Source of the DNA: Candidatus Stahliibacteriota bacterium | GTDB lineage: Bacteria; Hydrothermota; UBA3073; JACQXS01 | Direction of reading: 5' to 3' | Length of the DNA stretch: 64,000 nt | Assembly: GCA_016208615.1 (NCBI GenBank) | Contig: JACQXS010000121.1 | Span: forward strand, 9,160-73,159 | Shown here: piece by piece, positions 60,084-64,000 of the stretch | Layout of the letters: every line of letters starts with the position of its first letter | Position numbering within the stretch: the first letter of the stretch is position 1 | Program-made: the position numbers and the translations under genes | The notes under the pieces: generated by a model | The model's database searches: none | The model's input: only the letters and a program-made list of their open reading frames with translations | What the model was told of the DNA's origin: nothing

Positions 60084-60823
60084 AATCAATTGAAGATGGC
60101 TCAAAAATAGCCAAAGACGGCTTTAAAAATGAAAACGATATTGTAGAAAAGTTTAACGACTGGAAAAAAGATAAAGATGCTCAGAGTTGGCTTATAATAA
60201 TGAAATACGAACCAAAAGAGATTGAATATGTTGAAGCAGTAAAGATTTTTGGTTATAAATCAGATGTACAAGTCCAAGTTACTATAAAACTTAAAAAAGC
60301 TATTGATGTAGAGAATTTGCAAGTTAAGTTAGTTAGTAATCCGAGAGGATTTAATCAAATTGATAAACGGTGGGTTGACAAATATGTTGAAATGTGGAAT
60401 ATTCCCGACAATATAACATTAATACTAAAAAGATATACCGGTGAAATTAAGCCGAATGTCAGAAATACAAAAGACAAAAGAAGAATACTGGCCAATGAGT
60501 TTTCTGAAATCCAACAAAAAGCTATACTTGAATGGCTTATAAAAAATCAGGCATTAATAATAACAGATATATTAAAAGGTAGAGGTAAATTTGCAGCTGA
60601 ATGGATGCTTGTTGCTCAAAAAATCAATAAAAATGCACGATGGATTTTAAGATCAATGAATTATTGTTTGAATTTCTTTGGTAATGGAGAAATTAAAATA
60701 TCTGCAAGAGGAAATTTTAAAATAGGGCGTATTACAATGCAAAGAAAAGGTGGAGATGCGGGACGAGAAACGGCTAATATGTTACAATTTAAAATAAATC
60801 CAGCAGAACTATTTGAAGAATGA
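60080..60823 (+). CDS. Type II restriction endonuclease, HinP1I-like
   Basis: GSKIAKDGFKNE, GYKSDV, QVKLVSN.RGFNQIDK, QRKGGD.GRETANMLQFK. Confidence 0.85.
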   Translation: MKSIEDGSKIAKDGFKNENDIVEKFNDWKKDKDAQSWLIIMKYEPKEIEYVEAVKIFGYKSDVQVQVTIKLKKAIDVENLQVKLVSNPRGFNQIDKRWVDKYVEMWNIPDNITLILKRYTGEIKPNVRNTKDKRRILANEFSEIQQKAILEWLIKNQALIITDILKGRGKFAAEWMLVAQKINKNARWILRSMNYCLNFFGNGEIKISARGNFKIGRITMQRKGGDAGRETANMLQFKINPAELFEE

Positions 60824-60847
60824 AAATTTGCACGACATTAAACTAAT

Positions 60848-61312
60848 ATGAATAAAAAAATAAGAGTTTTGATAGCGAAGCCGGGGCTTGATGGACATGA
60901 TAGGGGTGCTAAAATAATAGCTGCTGCATTAAGGGATGCGGGTATGGAAGTGATATATACAGGGCTACATCAGACACCTGAACAAATAGTAGAGACCGCT
61001 ATTCAGGAGGATGTAGATGTAATTGGTTTATCTATTCTTTCAGGTGCTCATCTGACTATATTTCCCAAAGTGATTAACCTTTTGAAAGAGCGAGGTGCGG
61101 AGGATATAATTGTTTCAGGTGGTGGTATAATTCCACCGGAGGATGTGGCGGAACTAAAAAAAATGGGAGTAGCGGAGCTATTTGGTCCCGGCACTCCCAC
61201 AACGGAGGTAATAGAATGGACAAAACGGAAAACAGAAGACAGAGAACAGAAGACAGAGGTCAGAGAACAGAAGACGGAGGACAGAAGACGGAAGTCAGAA
61301 GTCAGAAGTTAG
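60848..61312 (+). CDS. Acyl-CoA mutase B12-binding small subunit with repeat-derived tail
   Basis: [25 protein letters not shown]. Confidence 0.93.
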   Translation: MNKKIRVLIAKPGLDGHDRGAKIIAAALRDAGMEVIYTGLHQTPEQIVETAIQEDVDVIGLSILSGAHLTIFPKVINLLKERGAEDIIVSGGGIIPPEDVAELKKMGVAELFGPGTPTTEVIEWTKRKTEDREQKTEVREQKTEDRRRKSEVRS

Positions 61313-62181
61313 GGAAGTTTCGGCTTTCTCTTTTATCAGGAGGTAGGTTTTGGCTTGATGGTGGAGCGATGTTTGGCGTAGTACCTAAGCCATTATGGGA
61401 ACGGCTTACTCCCTCTGATACACATAATCGGATAGAACTTGGTCTTAATTGCCTACTCATAGAGACGGGGGATAAAAATATTCTTGTAGATACGGGTATT
61501 TTGAGGATTGAGGATATTAAGTTTAATGAAATCTATAAAGTAGAATATGCGAGTATCCAAGATTCTTTAAGTCAGTTAAACTTGAGTCCCCAAGATATTG
61601 ATATAGTTATCAACTCGCATCTCCATTTTGACCATTGTGGCGGAAATACTTATAAGAGGACAGAAGACAGAGAACAGAAGACAGAGAACAGAAGAGGGGA
61701 ATTTGTGCCTTCTTTTCCTCGTGCTAAATATGTAATCCAGGAATTGGAATGGTATGATGCTACCCATCCAAATGAGCGAACACGGACAAGTTATATTTCT
61801 GACACTTTCCTCCCCCTTAAAGAGAGTGGTTCACCATGGAGTGGTAATTTGGAGATAGTAAAAGGGGATTGCGAGTTATTGCCTGGTATTCGTGTTCATT
61901 TAACGGGTGGCCATACGCGGGGACATCAGGTTGTAATACTTGAATCTAATGGAGAGAAGTGTATTTATTTTGCCGACCTTATTCCAACGGCTTCGCATAT
62001 TAAAGTACCGTATGTGATGGGGTATGACTTATATCCACTTGAAACAATAGCCAAGAAGAAGGAGCTTTTGGAAATGGCATCTGACGGGCGATGGCTGACA
62101 ATATTTGAACACGAGCCCAAAGTAGGCATAGGATATTTGGATAAAAGAGATGGGAAATTAGTATTTGTCCCAATAGTATAA
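61216..62181 (+). CDS. Metallo-beta-lactamase fold hydrolase (YtnP-like)
   Basis: [38 protein letters not shown]. Confidence 0.9.
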   Translation: MDKTENRRQRTEDRGQRTEDGGQKTEVRSQKLGKFRLSLLSGGRFWLDGGAMFGVVPKPLWERLTPSDTHNRIELGLNCLLIETGDKNILVDTGILRIEDIKFNEIYKVEYASIQDSLSQLNLSPQDIDIVINSHLHFDHCGGNTYKRTEDREQKTENRRGEFVPSFPRAKYVIQELEWYDATHPNERTRTSYISDTFLPLKESGSPWSGNLEIVKGDCELLPGIRVHLTGGHTRGHQVVILESNGEKCIYFADLIPTASHIKVPYVMGYDLYPLETIAKKKELLEMASDGRWLTIFEHEPKVGIGYLDKRDGKLVFVPIV

Positions 62182-62203
62182 ACAATAAAAGAAAGGTGGT
62201 ACA

Positions 62204-62776
62204 ATGAAGTACAGGGAAGAGGATATTTTAAGGATTTTAGGTGAGAGGGTTAAGGAAAGGGGCAGATTGCCAACTAAGAAGGAGATTACCGAGGACAAGT
62301 GTCTGCCTTCATACGAGACAATGCGTAAGTATTTTGGCGACTTGCGTAATATGTCAAGGACTCTGGGGTTTAAGTTGGTCAGGAGAAGGTTTGACGAGGA
62401 GGAAATCTTTACGAGGATTAAAAAGTGGAGCCAAGAGTTGGGTAGGATGCCCACAGCAGAAGAAATTAAGAAGGATACTTCGTTGCCTTCTCCTACTACA
62501 CTTGCTAAGTATTTTGGCTCGTGGAAGGGGTTACGGGAGCAATTGGGCTTTCAACCGGTTCGCAGAATAATTTATACGGATGAGCGGCTTTTGAGCTTAT
62601 TAAAAGCGAAGACCGAGCAACTGGGCAGAGCGATTACGATTAAGGAGTTAATCGAGGATCGTTCGCTGCCTGCTATTGGCACTTATATAACGCGGTTCGG
62701 GTCAGTGGGCAGGGCGTTAAAAGCAATCGGCTATGAGACAAGGAAGGGCAGGAAAGCCCAGAAGAGTAGAAATTAG
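62204..62776 (+). CDS. Protein of three homing-endonuclease-associated repeats (no nuclease domain)
   Basis: Three copies of G-R-x-(P)T..LP(S/A)..(Y/R)FG. Confidence 0.7.
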   Translation: MKYREEDILRILGERVKERGRLPTKKEITEDKCLPSYETMRKYFGDLRNMSRTLGFKLVRRRFDEEEIFTRIKKWSQELGRMPTAEEIKKDTSLPSPTTLAKYFGSWKGLREQLGFQPVRRIIYTDERLLSLLKAKTEQLGRAITIKELIEDRSLPAIGTYITRFGSVGRALKAIGYETRKGRKAQKSRN

Positions 62777-62815
62777 TAGAAATTAGTAGAAACTCGTAGA
62801 AACTTAATAGAAATT

Positions 62816-62899
62816 TGATGCTTACATCACTCTGTTGGATGCTTACATCACTCTGTTTGATGCTTACATCACTCTGTTTGATGCTTACATCACTCTGTT
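62816..62899. repeat. Tandem array, 4 x 21 bp TGATGCTTACATCACTCTGTT
   Basis: Four units, one substitution; TGATG-N4-CATCA palindrome. Confidence 0.95.
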
Positions 62900-62983
62900 T
62901 GTGAATATGCAAGTAATTTCTATTTAATTTCCACCAATTTCTACGAATTTCTATATTCTCTTCCAATTCAGATAGGAGGGATT

Positions 62984-63619
62984 ATGGAGGAGGTGCGACC
63001 TCAAATTAGGGATGCTATCTTACATAGGCGAAGTGTGAGAAGATATAAGCCGGACGAGCTTCCTGACAATCTATTGGAGCAGGTATTGGAGGCGGCGAGG
63101 TGGGCTCCTTCTTGGGCAAACACTCAGTGCTGGGAGTTTATTATTGTCAAGGATAAGGGGCTAAAGGAGAAGCTCCGCGATACTCTTACTCCGAATAATC
63201 CGGCGCGTGATGCCGTGGTTCAAGCACCTATTGTTATAGTTGCCTGTGGTAAGAGCGGTATTGCGGGCTACAAGAAAGGTGAGCCGGTGACCGATAAGCA
63301 AGAATGGTTTATGTTTGATGTGGCTCTTGCCTTGAATAATATAACCTTAGTCGCTCATTCATTGGGATTAGGGACTGTGCATATCGGGGCATTTGATGCC
63401 AAGAAAGTAGCCAAGATAGTTAATGTGGCTGATGGGGTTCTCGTAGTAGAGCTTATGCCGATTGGGTATCCTGATGAGCAGCCTGCTCCAAGACCAAGGA
63501 AGGAGATTAGTAGCTTTGTGTATCTTGATAAGCATGGTTGCCCTTATGAGGACAGAGGACAGAAGACAGAGGACAGAGGACAGAGGATAGAGGACAGAAG
63601 AGACAGGAGTAGGGCTTAA
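62984..63619 (+). CDS. Nitroreductase-family protein
   Basis: RRSVRRY, APSWANTQCWEF, GLGTVHIG, IGYP. Confidence 0.92.
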   Translation: MEEVRPQIRDAILHRRSVRRYKPDELPDNLLEQVLEAARWAPSWANTQCWEFIIVKDKGLKEKLRDTLTPNNPARDAVVQAPIVIVACGKSGIAGYKKGEPVTDKQEWFMFDVALALNNITLVAHSLGLGTVHIGAFDAKKVAKIVNVADGVLVVELMPIGYPDEQPAPRPRKEISSFVYLDKHGCPYEDRGQKTEDRGQRIEDRRDRSRA

Positions 63620-63635
63620 GTAGAAAGGGGGTAAA

Positions 63636-64000
63636 ATGTTGGAGCGAAGCGTAAATCCCGCTTGCCCCGCTACGGCGGTGGTTTTGTCGGGAGTAGGTAT
63701 TATTGGCTATGGGGCGTATCTTCCGAGGTACAGGATAAAGGTAGAGGATATAGCACATCAGTGGGGTATGGACCCCAATAGTATGAAGCGTGGCTTAATG
63801 TTGGAAGAGAAGACAGTTCCCGCTCTTGATGAAGACACTATTACTATTTCGGTCGCTGCTGCTCGCGATGCGATAAAGCGTGCCGGTATTAACCCGCAAG
63901 AGATAGGGGCTGTTTATATTGGGTCGGAGTCCCATCCGTATGCAGTGAAGCCAAGCGGTACAGTGGTAGCGGAGGCGCTCGGTATATGCCCTGATGTCCA
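63636..64000 (+). CDS. Archaeal-type HMG-CoA synthase, runs off window
   Basis: Hand translation: [45 protein letters not shown]. Confidence 0.85.
   Translation, partial: MLERSVNPACPATAVVLSGVGIIGYGAYLPRYRIKVEDIAHQWGMDPNSMKRGLMLEEKTVPALDEDTITISVAAARDAIKRAGINPQEIGAVYIGSESHPYAVKPSGTVVAEALGICPDV

Noticed and set aside
57553..60823. Prophage or IS origin for the accessory block
   Set aside because: No integrase, transposase or phage structural gene is recognisable in the window.
21921..62899. The three tandem arrays (21921, 41615, 62816) as CRISPR arrays
   Set aside because: Units abut with no unique spacers and no cas genes are in the window.
1..64000. Genome-wide TGA reassignment (code 4/25)
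   Set aside because: thrS, GH130, MNT and MTase genes end in TGA with tight overlaps, and long core genes have no internal TGA.

Overview
AT-rich bacterial chromosomal window, standard code 11 (many genes end in TGA with tight operon junctions). SprA plus FlgD-tailed secreted proteins suggest an FCB-superphylum lineage outside Bacteroidota (inference). Core content: three GH130 phosphorylases, tRNA-Gly(CCC), tRNA-Val(GAC), thrS-infC-rpmI-rplT-rimI, a stand-alone rpoB-rpoC-rpsL-rpsG-fusA block, an ABC-2 exporter, rnfD/rnfG-like genes, cstA, uvrB, nadC, sprA, a split B12 acyl-CoA mutase with isobutyryl-CoA-mutase residues, and the start of an archaeal-type HMG-CoA synthase. Six TA-like pairs (three toxins broken), a HinP1I-like RM system and a SatD/DUF3307-like pair are interspersed. 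Main unexplained signals: (1) an exported protein gene with an in-frame TGA followed by a SECIS-like hairpin; (2) several palindromic and 7-8-nt repeat families lying in frame inside housekeeping proteins and nested in each other; (3) a 24-27-bp motif at the 5' edge of accessory genes that may be a cassette junction; (4) spacer-less palindromic arrays directly behind putative DNA-binding genes; (5) a pseudoknotted ncRNA candidate at 13.1 kb. Family calls come from motif recognition only; no searches were run.
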